This document shows, piece after piece, positions 18,116 through 28,300 of a stretch of 64,000 nt of DNA; the first letter of the stretch is position 1, and each line of letters opens with the position of its first letter. A program made the translations under genes and the position numbers. The stretch comes from an uncultured Methanosarcinales archaeon. GTDB lineage: Archaea; Nanobdellota; Nanobdellia; Woesearchaeales; GW2011-AR9. The notes under the pieces were generated by a model, which was not told where the DNA came from, made no database searches, and worked only from the letters and a program-made list of their open reading frames with translations. The stretch lies in assembly GCA_964527395.1 (NCBI GenBank), contig CAZGQD010000003.1, positions 29,124 through 93,123 of the forward strand, read 5' to 3'.

Positions 18116-19804
18116 ATGGCGGGAAGGGTACATGCATCTGAGTTGGCTAAAGGCCAAAAACAAATTTCTGTAGCTGAATTTTTTGAGAAAAATAGGCATT
18201 TGTTAGGGTTTGATAATCCTAGACGTGCTTTGATGACAACAATCAAGGAAGCAGTAGATAATTCACTTGATGCTTGTGAAGAGGCTAGAATATTGCCAGA
18301 AATTTCTGTTGAGATAATTCAACTGAGTGAATCTAGGTACAGAGTTATAGTTGAAGATAACGGACCAGGGATTGTGAAAAAGCAAGTTCCTAACATTTTT
18401 GCACGTTTGCTTTATGGGAGTAAGTTTGGTAAAAGAGTTCAAGCACGTGGACAGCAAGGGATTGGGATCTCAGCTAGTGTTTTATATGGACAGTTAACAA
18501 CAGGGAAGCCTGCCAAAATTGTGACTAAAATAGATAAAGGAAGTAAAGCTTACACTTGTAGAGTTAAAATTGATACTATCAAAAATGCATCAGTAGTTTC
18601 TGATGAGGGTGAAGTTGATTGGGAAGAAGTAGATCATGGAACCAAAATTGAAATAGATCTTGAGGGTTATTATCAAAAGGGAAGAAAAAGTGTTGATGAG
18701 TATTTAAAGGAAACAGCAATTGTTAACCCGCATGTAACTTTGATTTATACAGACCCTAACGCAGAACAGTTAATTTTTCCACGAGTAGCAGAGGTGCTTC
18801 CTCCTAAAGCTAAGGAAATTAAGCCGCACCCGCATGGAGTTGAACTTGGAATTTTGATGAAGATGATGAAAATTAGTTCTGAGAAAACACTTTCTGGGTT
18901 TTTGCAAAATGAATTTGAAAGGGTAGGAAACAAAACCCTTAAAGAGATTTGTTCTAATAGTGCACTTCTTCCTAAGATGAAGATTAAAGATGTTTCACGT
19001 GAACATTGTGAGAAATTGCTTAAAGGAATTGCGCGAACCAAAATTATGGCGCCACCTACAGATTGTATCTCACCGATCACAGCAGATCTACTTGAGAAAG
19101 GACTTCGTAAGGAAATTAATGCAGAGTTTTTTTGTTCAGCTAGTCGTCCAGCAGCAGTATATCGAGGAAATCCGTTCGTAATTGAAGTTGCGCTTGCTTA
19201 TGGTGGAGAACAGCCAGGAGATAAAGTTATTCGAGTAATGAGGTTTGCAAATAGAGTACCTTTGCTTTATCAACAAGGTGCGTGTACAATTAATAGTACT
19301 ATGCAAAAGATGTCGTGGAGAGCTTATGGTCTTCAGCAATCACGTGGTGGTTTACCAGTTGGACCTTGCACAGTAGTTGTACACATGGCGTCAACATGGG
19401 TTCCATTCACATCAGAAAGTAAAGAAGCTATTGCAGGTTATGAAGAAATTTCAAAAGAAATTCGGTTAGCTATTCAAGAAGTTGGACGTAAGTTAGCTTC
19501 ATTTGTACGTAAGAAAAAGAAAATTGGTGATGAGGCTAAGAAACGTGATTATATTGAGAAGTATATTCCACATGTGGCTGAGGCTTTGCAGGAACTGCTT
19601 GGTTTTAATGAAATGGACAAGAAGAAAACTGAAGATAAGTTAGGGGAGATACTTGAGCAAACACGAGGGGAGCTTGAAGATATTTCAGTTAAGAATGAAG
19701 ATTATGATCCAGAATTAGCTAAGATTGGGCGAGATTTGCCTGAGGTAAAAGAAGAGTTAGATGATTCTGATGGGGCTGCTGGGAAGGATAAGAAGAAAAA
19801 GTAA
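18116..19804 (+). CDS. top6B: DNA topoisomerase VI subunit B (GHKL ATPase)
   Basis: N-terminus [39 protein letters not shown]...[15 protein letters not shown] and G-loop [20 protein letters not shown], typical of Top6B. Confidence 0.9.
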   Translation: MAGRVHASELAKGQKQISVAEFFEKNRHLLGFDNPRRALMTTIKEAVDNSLDACEEARILPEISVEIIQLSESRYRVIVEDNGPGIVKKQVPNIFARLLYGSKFGKRVQARGQQGIGISASVLYGQLTTGKPAKIVTKIDKGSKAYTCRVKIDTIKNASVVSDEGEVDWEEVDHGTKIEIDLEGYYQKGRKSVDEYLKETAIVNPHVTLIYTDPNAEQLIFPRVAEVLPPKAKEIKPHPHGVELGILMKMMKISSEKTLSGFLQNEFERVGNKTLKEICSNSALLPKMKIKDVSREHCEKLLKGIARTKIMAPPTDCISPITADLLEKGLRKEINAEFFCSASRPAAVYRGNPFVIEVALAYGGEQPGDKVIRVMRFANRVPLLYQQGACTINSTMQKMSWRAYGLQQSRGGLPVGPCTVVVHMASTWVPFTSESKEAIAGYEEISKEIRLAIQEVGRKLASFVRKKKKIGDEAKKRDYIEKYIPHVAEALQELLGFNEMDKKKTEDKLGEILEQTRGELEDISVKNEDYDPELAKIGRDLPEVKEELDDSDGAAGKDKKKK

Positions 19805-20091
19805 TGAAAATAATTTGATTAGATGAGAAGAAAAAGATTTAGCAATGTTTTGTTCTTGAATTATATAATTCAAGAAAAGAGCACTGTCAGACTTAGTGCA
19901 GGCATAAACCACTCAGTTTGGAATTTTGGTTTGTTTCAAACCAAAATCTGGTGGTTGGATTTAATGTGCTGGATGACATTGCCAGTAGGTGTCCGCGAGG
20001 AAACCTCTTGGGACTTGGTTCGCGTGCTCACCAAGGGACGGCGCTCTTTTCTTTTGAGAATATAGATAAATTTGTAGGTATTGAGATTAAA

Positions 20092-21207
20092 ATGGCAGGA
20101 AAAGCAAGTGCAGGGAAAGGAGCAAAGGTTGATGTAGTAAAAAAGATTCAAGATGTTGCTAAAGGTATCTATGATGATGTTCTTTTGCTTAAAAAGCCAG
20201 ATTTAGTTATGCCAATTAGGTCGCTTAGTAATGTAGCTTATAACGAAAAGGATGGGTATTTTCAGATACTTAGTAAAGTTAAAACTCGTACGCTTTCTGC
20301 TACTACAATCAAGACTTTTGCACAGACTCTTAGAATGATGGGTCTTTCTAAAGATTTGATTAAAGGAAAAGATCTTGCAACTAAAAGAGAGGCTTATTAT
20401 GTTTCCAAAAACTGGGGAGATGCTAGGTTCAAAGAACAGCCGGAGTCAGATACAGTAATGGATGATATCGAAGCTATGATGCGAGTTAATCGTGAACAAA
20501 TTGGCTTTGTACCTGAGGAGAAAGGTGGAGCTGTTGCTGGTGCACTTACAGTTATTGATAAAGATTCAGAGACAGGAGAGAAGCTTGAGATTGATTGTAC
20601 CAAATTTGGTTCAGGTGCTTATTCGGTTCCTTCATCAGTAGAGCATTTATCGTTTAAAACAAAAGCAAAGTTTGTACTTGCTATTGAAACATCAGGTATG
20701 TTTGAGAGGCTCAATAAGCATAAGTATTGGAGAAAAGCGAATTGTATTTTGATTTCAATGGGAGGAGTACCAACTCGTGCTTGTAGACGGTTTATTCGTA
20801 AATTGTCTGATGAAAAGGATCTTCCTGTATATGTATTTACGGACGGGGACCCCTACGGTTTTTTCTCAATATATCGAACACTTCGTGTTGGGTCAGGTAA
20901 TGCAGCTCACATAAATGAGTTCTTTTGTGTACCTAGAGCTAGGTTTTTAGGAGTAACTCCGCAAGACATTGTTGATTATAATCTTCCTACTCATCCTCTT
21001 AAAGATGTGGATTACAAAAAAATTAAGGATGTTTTGAAAAATGATCCATTCTGTAAACAACATAAAGAGTGGCAAAAAGCTCTTGCGCAAATGGTTAAGA
21101 TGAAGGTAAGAGTTGAGCAGCAGGCGTTTTCTGCAAAGGGATTGAACTACGTTTTAGAGACTTATTTGCCTGAAAAGATTGCTAACCCTAAGAAATGGCT
21201 GCCTTAG
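20092..21207 (+). CDS. top6A: DNA topoisomerase VI subunit A (Spo11-type)
   Basis: TOPRIM region VYVFTDGDPYGFFSIYRTLRVGSGN and upstream 5Y-CAP region. Start set at MAGKASAGKG, which follows the GC-rich leader. Confidence 0.9.
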   Translation: MAGKASAGKGAKVDVVKKIQDVAKGIYDDVLLLKKPDLVMPIRSLSNVAYNEKDGYFQILSKVKTRTLSATTIKTFAQTLRMMGLSKDLIKGKDLATKREAYYVSKNWGDARFKEQPESDTVMDDIEAMMRVNREQIGFVPEEKGGAVAGALTVIDKDSETGEKLEIDCTKFGSGAYSVPSSVEHLSFKTKAKFVLAIETSGMFERLNKHKYWRKANCILISMGGVPTRACRRFIRKLSDEKDLPVYVFTDGDPYGFFSIYRTLRVGSGNAAHINEFFCVPRARFLGVTPQDIVDYNLPTHPLKDVDYKKIKDVLKNDPFCKQHKEWQKALAQMVKMKVRVEQQAFSAKGLNYVLETYLPEKIANPKKWLP

Positions 21208-22312
21208 GTTGATTAAAATTGTTTACTAAAGATTTTAATCTTTCTTTCTTGTGAGGATATCTGAAGCCAATTTCTTTTTGATATAAGGCGATTTGAGATC
21301 TGCTTTTTATTTCTAATGTATAATAATCGTAGTTGTTGCTATGTTTTTTGTAGAGGTTGAAATTTATGTTTAGTTGTTTTAGAATTTCTTGGATTTCTAA
21401 TAGAATGCCTTTACTTGATTGAGACAAACCAATTACAGGATATTTTTGTTTGTCAATTTTGTTACACCAACCATCTCCATCGAAGAACCCAATAATAAAT
21501 TGTTTTTTTAGGTTCATAGGAGCTTTTTGGATAAGTTTAGGGATTTTTAGTCTTCCTTTTTTGTATCCTGCTGGCATTTCGAATACGTTGTTTAGAAGTC
21601 TGTGTAACATCATACTGGTAAAAAGAAGTCTATACCATCTTCCATTGTAAACTGTTTTTACATTTGTTTTTAAGTTGAATTCTTGTTTTAGTATGTGAAG
21701 AAGAGTTTCTAGAGTGTTTTTCTTTTCATCAGTGACGGTTATTTCCCAGCGAAACCTTTTTTCTTGTTTGTATGTTAAGTTTATGTTTCTTAAAGAACCG
21801 TCTGCGTATAGAATACCTAGGAAGTATGCTAAATCTTCTGTTAGTGTTTTTGGGATTTTGATTATTAATGGAGAGTTCATTGCTCTGAAAAATTTAGCTT
21901 GTTGGAAGCATTGGTTGTAGAGGTCTTTTTCTTCTTTTTTTGTTTTATGGCATTTTTGTTTCCAGAATTTGAGTAATATTTTGAGTTTTTTAATTGGAAT
22001 AGGATATTTTCCTTTTCTCCATGAGTAAAAAGTGGGAGTTGGTATGATTTTAATTAATTCTTTTTGGAATTGACCTTTAGGAATGTTTTGTTTAAGGTCA
22101 ATGTAGATGTCAGAGATGATATTTGAAATCCCATCTATGCATATTGGACTTTTGGTTACGTCGTCTATTTTTGGGTCAATTAGTTTGTTGAAGTAGTTGT
22201 TTATTTCCATGGTCTGAAGTCTTTGGAAAGCTTGCTTATAAGCGTTGTCCGCGCCTGTCCAGTGGGTTGTGGGTCGTCTTTTTAAGCATAGATTTTTGGA
22301 TTTTGAGCACAA
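21188..22312 (-). CDS. free-standing LAGLIDADG homing endonuclease (two LAGLIDADG motifs)
   Basis: LAYFLGILYADGSL and FIIGFFDGDGW motifs. Convergent with top6A, overlapping its stop codon on the opposite strand. Confidence 0.8.
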   Translation of the reverse strand: MCSKSKNLCLKRRPTTHWTGADNAYKQAFQRLQTMEINNYFNKLIDPKIDDVTKSPICIDGISNIISDIYIDLKQNIPKGQFQKELIKIIPTPTFYSWRKGKYPIPIKKLKILLKFWKQKCHKTKKEEKDLYNQCFQQAKFFRAMNSPLIIKIPKTLTEDLAYFLGILYADGSLRNINLTYKQEKRFRWEITVTDEKKNTLETLLHILKQEFNLKTNVKTVYNGRWYRLLFTSMMLHRLLNNVFEMPAGYKKGRLKIPKLIQKAPMNLKKQFIIGFFDGDGWCNKIDKQKYPVIGLSQSSKGILLEIQEILKQLNINFNLYKKHSNNYDYYTLEIKSRSQIALYQKEIGFRYPHKKERLKSLVNNFNQPKAAIS

Positions 22313-22363
22313 AATTAGGGTGTCCAGTGAGGTCCTAATTTAACTTAAAAATGGCTGCCTTAG
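21193..22363. mobile_element. putative homing-endonuclease cassette bounded by a 15-bp perfect direct repeat AAATGGCTGCCTTAG
   Basis: Repeat copies at 21193-21207 (last codons plus stop of top6A) and 22348-22363, enclosing the LAGLIDADG ORF. Confidence 0.5.
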
Positions 22364-22609
22364 TTCCAACTCAAATCATCAACTAATCTTAGTCCTTTAG
22401 TTCTAAGCATTGCTTCTAGTTGTTCTTTGTTTCTAGGATCGCTAAGATTGAATTGGGTTTGGCCTGTTATTTTTTCTAGAAGGGTTTTTGTTGGTCTTGA
22501 GTAGGTTTTTGCTTCTGAATTTAGAGTGATTACTTCTGTTTTTGAAGTAGTTAGTATGTTCTTGACTTTAGAAATAGTTAAATAGGTAGTTTGTATACTT
22601 AGTATTAAT

Positions 22610-23953
22610 ATGAGATTTAAATTAGCTGAGACTTTTTGGAATATGGTTAATAGGGGAAGAGGTTCTGGTTCTAGTAATTCCAGTGTTGCTGCTGCTCCAC
22701 CTCAAAGGAGTTTGGATGAATTAGTTGCTATGCTACCAGAAGGTGCTCGAGATGCTGCTCTGATTGGTTTGTCTGCTTCAGGAGTTGATGTTGGAGATGA
22801 TGCTTATAAAGCAATGGTTGAATATCGAAGTGGTGTTGGATTTGGACCAAATGATTTAGCTGGAATAGCGGTATCTCATGGAAGAGTAGATGAAGCTATT
22901 TCTGTTTTGGTTGGAGCAAATTTTGTTAGGAATGCTGCTGAGCTTGCTAAAGAACAAGTAGGTATTGATAGAGCAATTCAAGTTTATACTGATTCTATAA
23001 GAGATGCTGGAGAAGCAAGTAAACCTCGTTGGCATGAATGGGCTGGGGATTTGTACCATGAGAAAGATGATTGGTTTAATGGAAATAATTGTTATAGGGC
23101 TGCTGCTTTTGGATTTTTGAGGAAAGGAGATGTAGGTAATGCCTTAGAAGTAGCCAAAGATAAGTTGAGTGATGTAAATACTCAAATTTTGATAAATATT
23201 CAGGGGGCAGCTAGAGCTAATGATGCAGGATATAAAGGAATGCTTTTGTTTGATGCAGGGAAGTTAGCTGAAGGAGAAGGTTTGTCGTCTGCAAGAGATT
23301 TGTATCAGCAGTCTTTTGATGCAATGTTAGAATCAGATGATGATGATTTTGGTTTGGATCAAAATAGATTACTTATGATTGCAGATGAAAAATTAGGTGA
23401 TGCAGATTCAAGGATTGCAGCTAGAGATAAAGTTCTTTCTGCTAGATATTTAGGAGTAAGTGACCCTAAAAGTTTGAGGTTTGAGCAAGGTGAGTTGGCT
23501 GAAGGACTTGGGCAGTATGAAAAGGCAGCTGGTTTTTATGTTCAAGCTGGACATCATAGAAAAGGAATATCTTTGTTGTTTGATAATGGGCATTTTGATG
23601 AAGGTTTTGCTTTGTTAGAGGCAAACAAAAGAAGGTTAGGAGATAAATATGTTGCTCATTTGGCTTTTGAGCATGGCCGGCCAGAACTTGCACTTGAAGT
23701 TGTACAAAGAAGTTTAGCAGTTGATCATGAATGTGGGACTTTTAGAGATCCAGATTATTTTAAGATTGCTGCTAGAGCTGCTGGTGAGATGGGGAATGAG
23801 GATTTGAAAAGTCAGTATTTAACAGATGGAATAGATAGGTTTGTTAGACTTAGTGATTTTGATGTATGTAGAGAGTTTGCAACTTTGCAAGGAGATATGG
23901 ATGCTGCTGCTGCTTATAAAGGGATGATGGACCTAGGGTCTAATGGAGCTTAG
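22610..23953 (+). CDS. hypothetical Ala/Gly/Asp-rich protein (possible helical-repeat protein)
   Basis: 447-aa ORF; composition is markedly more GC/Ala-rich than its neighbours; no catalytic motif recognised. Confidence 0.4.
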   Translation: MRFKLAETFWNMVNRGRGSGSSNSSVAAAPPQRSLDELVAMLPEGARDAALIGLSASGVDVGDDAYKAMVEYRSGVGFGPNDLAGIAVSHGRVDEAISVLVGANFVRNAAELAKEQVGIDRAIQVYTDSIRDAGEASKPRWHEWAGDLYHEKDDWFNGNNCYRAAAFGFLRKGDVGNALEVAKDKLSDVNTQILINIQGAARANDAGYKGMLLFDAGKLAEGEGLSSARDLYQQSFDAMLESDDDDFGLDQNRLLMIADEKLGDADSRIAARDKVLSARYLGVSDPKSLRFEQGELAEGLGQYEKAAGFYVQAGHHRKGISLLFDNGHFDEGFALLEANKRRLGDKYVAHLAFEHGRPELALEVVQRSLAVDHECGTFRDPDYFKIAARAAGEMGNEDLKSQYLTDGIDRFVRLSDFDVCREFATLQGDMDAAAAYKGMMDLGSNGA

Positions 23954-23959
23954 TTGTAC

Positions 23960-24604
23960 TCATTTAATTTTCTTTGGAGAGATTGAAAGCATGGTTTTTG
24001 CTAGATTTTGTAGGGAAGTGATTGCAAAGAGCTTTTTTTTGGTTTTTCTTGAATAATATTCTGATTCAGTTTTATTTATAGGGCTTTCATTTAAGATTTT
24101 TTGAATGATCTCTTTTTCTTTGTTAGTAAAAATTATTGATAAATTCATTTGAGTGCTTCTTTCTGAGTGTATCTTTTCTTTATCTATTATTAGGTCTGGG
24201 CCGTTTGCTTTGTTGTGTTGTAAAATGAACTCGTTTAGGAAATCATTGTAATTTAATTTAATTTTATTATTACTATTTTTAATAGGGTTGTTTTCTAGGT
24301 TGCTATTTAGTTTTGAAGCTTTTTTGTATAGTTTTGAGTCATTGAAGATTTTTATGGTGATTTTAATTATTTCATGGAATAAGGCTTTTTGCTTTGTTTT
24401 TATTTTGATAAAACTAATATCAGGTGAATGAAGATAGATTAAGAAAGGAAGAGCTTTTAGGTAACGTTCGTTTTTTGTTTTTAAGATAGATAAGATCAAA
24501 TTTTCTATTTTGTTATCGCCAAGCATTTGGTATCCAGCAGAGATTAGCTCGGTGTCTATGTCTTGGATAGGTTTTATGTTTATTTTTCTAGTTTTTATTC
24601 CCAT
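23960..24604 (-). CDS. hypothetical protein translationally coupled (10-nt overlap) to the upstream nucleotidyltransferase
   Basis: 214-aa ORF; no motif recognised. Confidence 0.35.
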   Translation of the reverse strand: MGIKTRKINIKPIQDIDTELISAGYQMLGDNKIENLILSILKTKNERYLKALPFLIYLHSPDISFIKIKTKQKALFHEIIKITIKIFNDSKLYKKASKLNSNLENNPIKNSNNKIKLNYNDFLNEFILQHNKANGPDLIIDKEKIHSERSTQMNLSIIFTNKEKEIIQKILNESPINKTESEYYSRKTKKKLFAITSLQNLAKTMLSISPKKIK

Positions 24605-25224
24605 TTTTTAATCTCTTTAATGTGGTTTTGATCTATTTTGTAATTCCAATCTTTGAATTTGATATCAAGTAGATCCAAAAGTTTTTGTTTTGAATTTGCA
24701 ACTATGGAATTTTGCATGGTTTTATGGTATCTTTCAATAAGATAGCTTAGGTCTATTTTCTTAGATTCTAGAATGCTTTTAATATCATCAAAATCTCTTT
24801 TGTCCCCTCTAGCTAATTTACTAATGATTATATCGTATAAAGATAAGGAGTAAAGTTCTATATTATCAAATTCTTTGATTAATTTTGATTTTTTGAGGCA
24901 ATCATCTAAAAGTTGTGTTCCCATTATGTTTGAGCTGTGAAATAAATCGAAAGCTAGACCTTCTTGTGTTAACCACCGTATAGAGCCTATTTTTTTGAAG
25001 TTGATTTGTTCAAAGATTTTGCAGATGTATTTGTAATCTTTTTCTGAATGAATATTGATGTCAATATCAAGAGTAGAAGGTTTTATGTTAAGAATGGTAA
25101 GGGCAGTCCCACCAAGAGCATACATTTTAATTTTTTTTCCAAAGAATTTACTAATAGATTCCAACAAATCAAATAAATCTTTGGCGTTTGTGGTATTTTT
25201 GTTGTATGGAGGGTTTTTAGGCAT
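24595..25224 (-). CDS. nucleotidyltransferase of the AbiEii/DUF1814-like family
   Basis: YALGGTALTIL...PSTLDIDINI matches the GGTAL...DxD NTase signature of AbiEii-type toxins. Confidence 0.5.
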   Translation of the reverse strand: MPKNPPYNKNTTNAKDLFDLLESISKFFGKKIKMYALGGTALTILNIKPSTLDIDINIHSEKDYKYICKIFEQINFKKIGSIRWLTQEGLAFDLFHSSNIMGTQLLDDCLKKSKLIKEFDNIELYSLSLYDIIISKLARGDKRDFDDIKSILESKKIDLSYLIERYHKTMQNSIVANSKQKLLDLLDIKFKDWNYKIDQNHIKEIKKWE

Positions 25225-25392
25225 AAGGTTTGGAAAGTGACTGTTTTTATAAACTTTTTGGTAATTTATACAATTTTTGTATTTATAAGTACAATTATTG
25301 TATCTTTTATGTTTGTTGATAAGGAGTTATTTTTGGATTAGAAATTAAATTAGAAGTGAAATTAGGGTGTTTTTTAGCAAAAGGCTTATAAG

Positions 25393-26073
25393 TTGAATTC
25401 TTTGATTGATGTTTTTATGGTAAAGAGGATATTAACTAATAGATTGGTAATGGTTATAATGGGACTTTTGGTACTTGGAATGCTTGTTTCTTGTTCTGGG
25501 AGTTCTGATGATGGAGAAAATAATGGAGATGATAATATGAGTAGTGAAGAAAATAGTGGAAGTAACCCTGTTGCAGTGTTTGATACTAGCATGGGAAGTT
25601 TTGAAATAGAATTGTATACAGATGTAATGCCGATTACAGCAGGGAACTTTGAAAAGTTAGTCTCTGAAGGATTTTATGATGGGACTCGATTTCATCGTGT
25701 GATTAAAGATTTTATGGTTCAAGGTGGAGACCCGCAGTCTAAAGATGAAAGTTTACGTTCAAGGTGGGGAACTGGTGGACCAGGATATTCAATTGAAGAT
25801 GAGCATATTGCTGGAGATAAGTTATCTAATGCACGTGGAACAATTTCAATGGCGAATAGTGGGCCTTCATCTGGTGGATCACAGTTTTTCATTAATGTTG
25901 TAGATAACACATTTTTGGATTGGAACAAAGAGCCTAGTGCTTCTAAGCATCCTGTATTTGGAGCAGTTGTTTCTGGAATGGATGTAGTTGATGTGATTGT
26001 ATCAGTTGATACTGTTCCTGGAGATCAACCTGCAGAAGATGTTGTTGTGAACTCTGTGAAGATTAAGGGGTAA
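25393..26073 (+). CDS. cyclophilin-type peptidyl-prolyl cis-trans isomerase with N-terminal signal/lipoprotein leader
   Basis: FDTSMGSFEIELY...GFYDGTRFHRVIKDFMVQGGDP cyclophilin core, preceded by a hydrophobic leader ending LVSCS. Confidence 0.85.
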   Translation: MNSLIDVFMVKRILTNRLVMVIMGLLVLGMLVSCSGSSDDGENNGDDNMSSEENSGSNPVAVFDTSMGSFEIELYTDVMPITAGNFEKLVSEGFYDGTRFHRVIKDFMVQGGDPQSKDESLRSRWGTGGPGYSIEDEHIAGDKLSNARGTISMANSGPSSGGSQFFINVVDNTFLDWNKEPSASKHPVFGAVVSGMDVVDVIVSVDTVPGDQPAEDVVVNSVKIKG

Positions 26074-26381
26074 GTTTAATTGAATATTTTGTTTTTTGTT
26101 ATTTTTTTTATTGTTTATTTTATTATTTGTTTTGATTAGTCATCTATTTGTTCATCAGACTTTTCGAAATTTTAAGACAATTTCCAAACCCTCAACGTTT
26201 TGCTTATGAGGTTAGTGCAGGTACATTCCACTGAGCTTTTGATTTTTCCACTTTGTGAAAAAATGCTCGTGGAAATAGCCTCTCTTTGAATGGGATTGCC
26301 AGTGGAGGGATGAACAAACTGATGACGGTGGAAATGCTGTTGTAGTTAGTTATGGTGGATGTGGTGGTTTATGATAGATAG

Positions 26382-26837
26382 GTGTTTTATATGGTAGTTA
26401 AGGAAGTTGATTATTCGAAGGTAAAGGCTAACCTTTTGGAGCTTGCTAAAGGTTCTATTTTTGAAGAGACTATTGCACATATTAAGTGGAATCGTGCTAA
26501 TGGAGCTTATGGTAAAGTTGATACTTTAGAACATAGATTTAATGGACTTAGTTTGGAAATTTCCGAAGTTAAGAAAGAAGTTGAATCAGGAGATATTAAG
26601 TTGCTAGCAGAAGAGCTTGGAGATGTAATGTGGGATCTTTTGTTTTTGTTAGAAATGTGTGAAGAGAAAGGGGTTTCAATTGAGTCTGTGCTTCGTGGTC
26701 GGATTGAGAAACAGGTACGTAGGGGGCCGCAGATATATGAACCTCAGGAAGAAGTTACGTGTGCTGAGGAACTTGAGATATGGAACAAGGCTAAAAAGAA
26801 GGAGAAGAGTGGGGAGCTTAAGGGGCTTGGGTTTTGA
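26382..26837 (+). CDS. MazG-like nucleoside triphosphate pyrophosphohydrolase (second paralog)
   Basis: LAEELGDVMWDLLFL motif of the MazG family. Confidence 0.55.
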   Translation: MFYMVVKEVDYSKVKANLLELAKGSIFEETIAHIKWNRANGAYGKVDTLEHRFNGLSLEISEVKKEVESGDIKLLAEELGDVMWDLLFLLEMCEEKGVSIESVLRGRIEKQVRRGPQIYEPQEEVTCAEELEIWNKAKKKEKSGELKGLGF

Positions 26838-27004
26838 TATTTTACTTTCTATAATAGAAAAAGTGTGATGTAGAGGGTAAGAATTGAGCATAAATTTTAA
26901 CAATCTATAGTCACCCAAAAAAGTTATTAGGTCTCTAATTAGCTTTTTTGGCTTCCAGACAGCGTTCCAAATGGCGTTTTTCTCCGAAAAACTTTTTTGG
27001 AGCG

Positions 27005-27679
27005 CTATATTTCTTTTTTGATTATCTCTTGGAGTTCTATGAAGTTTTTGATCATTTTATCTGTTATTGTTAGGTCTTGGCTTTGGTTGAAGCCGTTCTT
27101 GATCCCTATGGTTTTGATATTTGCATTTTTAGCTGACGTTGCACCGTTTTTGGTGTCTTCAACTACTATTGCTTCGTTTGGGTCTATCTTTAACTTTTTT
27201 AGAGCTAATTTGTAAACAGTAGGATCTGGTTTGCTAGGGAGATTACTGGTTTGGCCGCTGATGATTACGTTGAAATATTGTTTTAGGTTGAACCTTTTTA
27301 AGACAATGTTGATCCATTCTATGGGAGAAGAAGAGACTAGGGCTATTTTTAGCTTCAATTGTTTGATTAGTTTTAAAGTTTCTAATACGTCTGGGAGGAG
27401 ATTGGTTTCTTCACCATAGATGATTTTTGCAGTGTTGTTGATAGTTTCCTTGTATTCAGGCCAAGTCATTTTGCAATTGTGTTTTTGTTTTAGATGTGTG
27501 TGGATGGCTTTCATAGTCATGCCTACGATCTGTTTTTGGTCTTGTTTATTCCATTTAGGGATATATTCTTTGAAGAAATTTCCTTCACGTTTTTCCCAGT
27601 AGAATTCTGAGTCTATAAGAACGCCGTCCATATCGAAGATTACTGCTTTGATCATGTGAACACTGCACCGTTTAGCCAT
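27005..27679 (-). CDS. HAD-superfamily hydrolase (beta-phosphoglucomutase-like subfamily)
   Basis: Motif I VIFDMDGVLIDS, motif II ALVSSS, and motif III/IV K...VVEDTKNG. The true start is probably the internal Met at 27655 (MIKAVIFD). Confidence 0.7.
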   Translation of the reverse strand: MAKRCSVHMIKAVIFDMDGVLIDSEFYWEKREGNFFKEYIPKWNKQDQKQIVGMTMKAIHTHLKQKHNCKMTWPEYKETINNTAKIIYGEETNLLPDVLETLKLIKQLKLKIALVSSSPIEWINIVLKRFNLKQYFNVIISGQTSNLPSKPDPTVYKLALKKLKIDPNEAIVVEDTKNGATSAKNANIKTIGIKNGFNQSQDLTITDKMIKNFIELQEIIKKEI

Positions 27680-27757
27680 TGATAGAGTAGAACAAGAATT
27701 AAAATAGTTAAAAGAACTATCATTAATTGTGAATTAGCTTTTTTTCCTTTGATTATC

Positions 27758-28117
27758 TTACGAGCTGAGTAATTTCGAGGGAACCAAGTTCGAGCAGAGC
27801 TCTCGTTGCTTTGTTCTTTCATCACAAAACTCTCTTGAGTTTGCTCGTTTCTCGCAAACCTCTTGGATCTTAATTCGTTCCTCATTAAGTTTCTTAATTT
27901 CATTGATTTCTACCCTTATTTTTTGTAATTCTCTTGTTGTATTTATTTGAGCTTTGAGGATTTTTATGTTGTCTTCCAATTCTGATGTAATTAAGTAAAT
28001 ATCAAGTAAAATGATTAGTACTCCAGTAATTAATGGGAGTGAATTTTGTTCTATGCTACCATATAAACTTAGTGAAAAACCGATTACTCCAATTATTATA
28101 TCTCTTGAGGAAATCAT
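27758..28117 (-). CDS. hypothetical membrane protein with coiled-coil tail
   Basis: Two N-terminal hydrophobic segments; overlaps the alternative ORF 27652-27903, so the frame choice is uncertain. Confidence 0.3.
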   Translation of the reverse strand: MISSRDIIIGVIGFSLSLYGSIEQNSLPLITGVLIILLDIYLITSELEDNIKILKAQINTTRELQKIRVEINEIKKLNEERIKIQEVCEKRANSREFCDERTKQRELCSNLVPSKLLSS

Positions 28118-28300
28118 ACCTGTTTTTTGATCTTTTAGTTTAATTGGATTGTTAGTTAGATTTGTATGGTTTCTGAAGTATATATTATTTGCTATAGGTT
28201 GTTTTTAAGGAGAATTTGTGAGAATAGTTTATAAAAAAACAAGGGATTTTGGATTTTGAGTTTGATTGGTTGGTTCTTTAAAGTTGATTAGGTAGAATAT

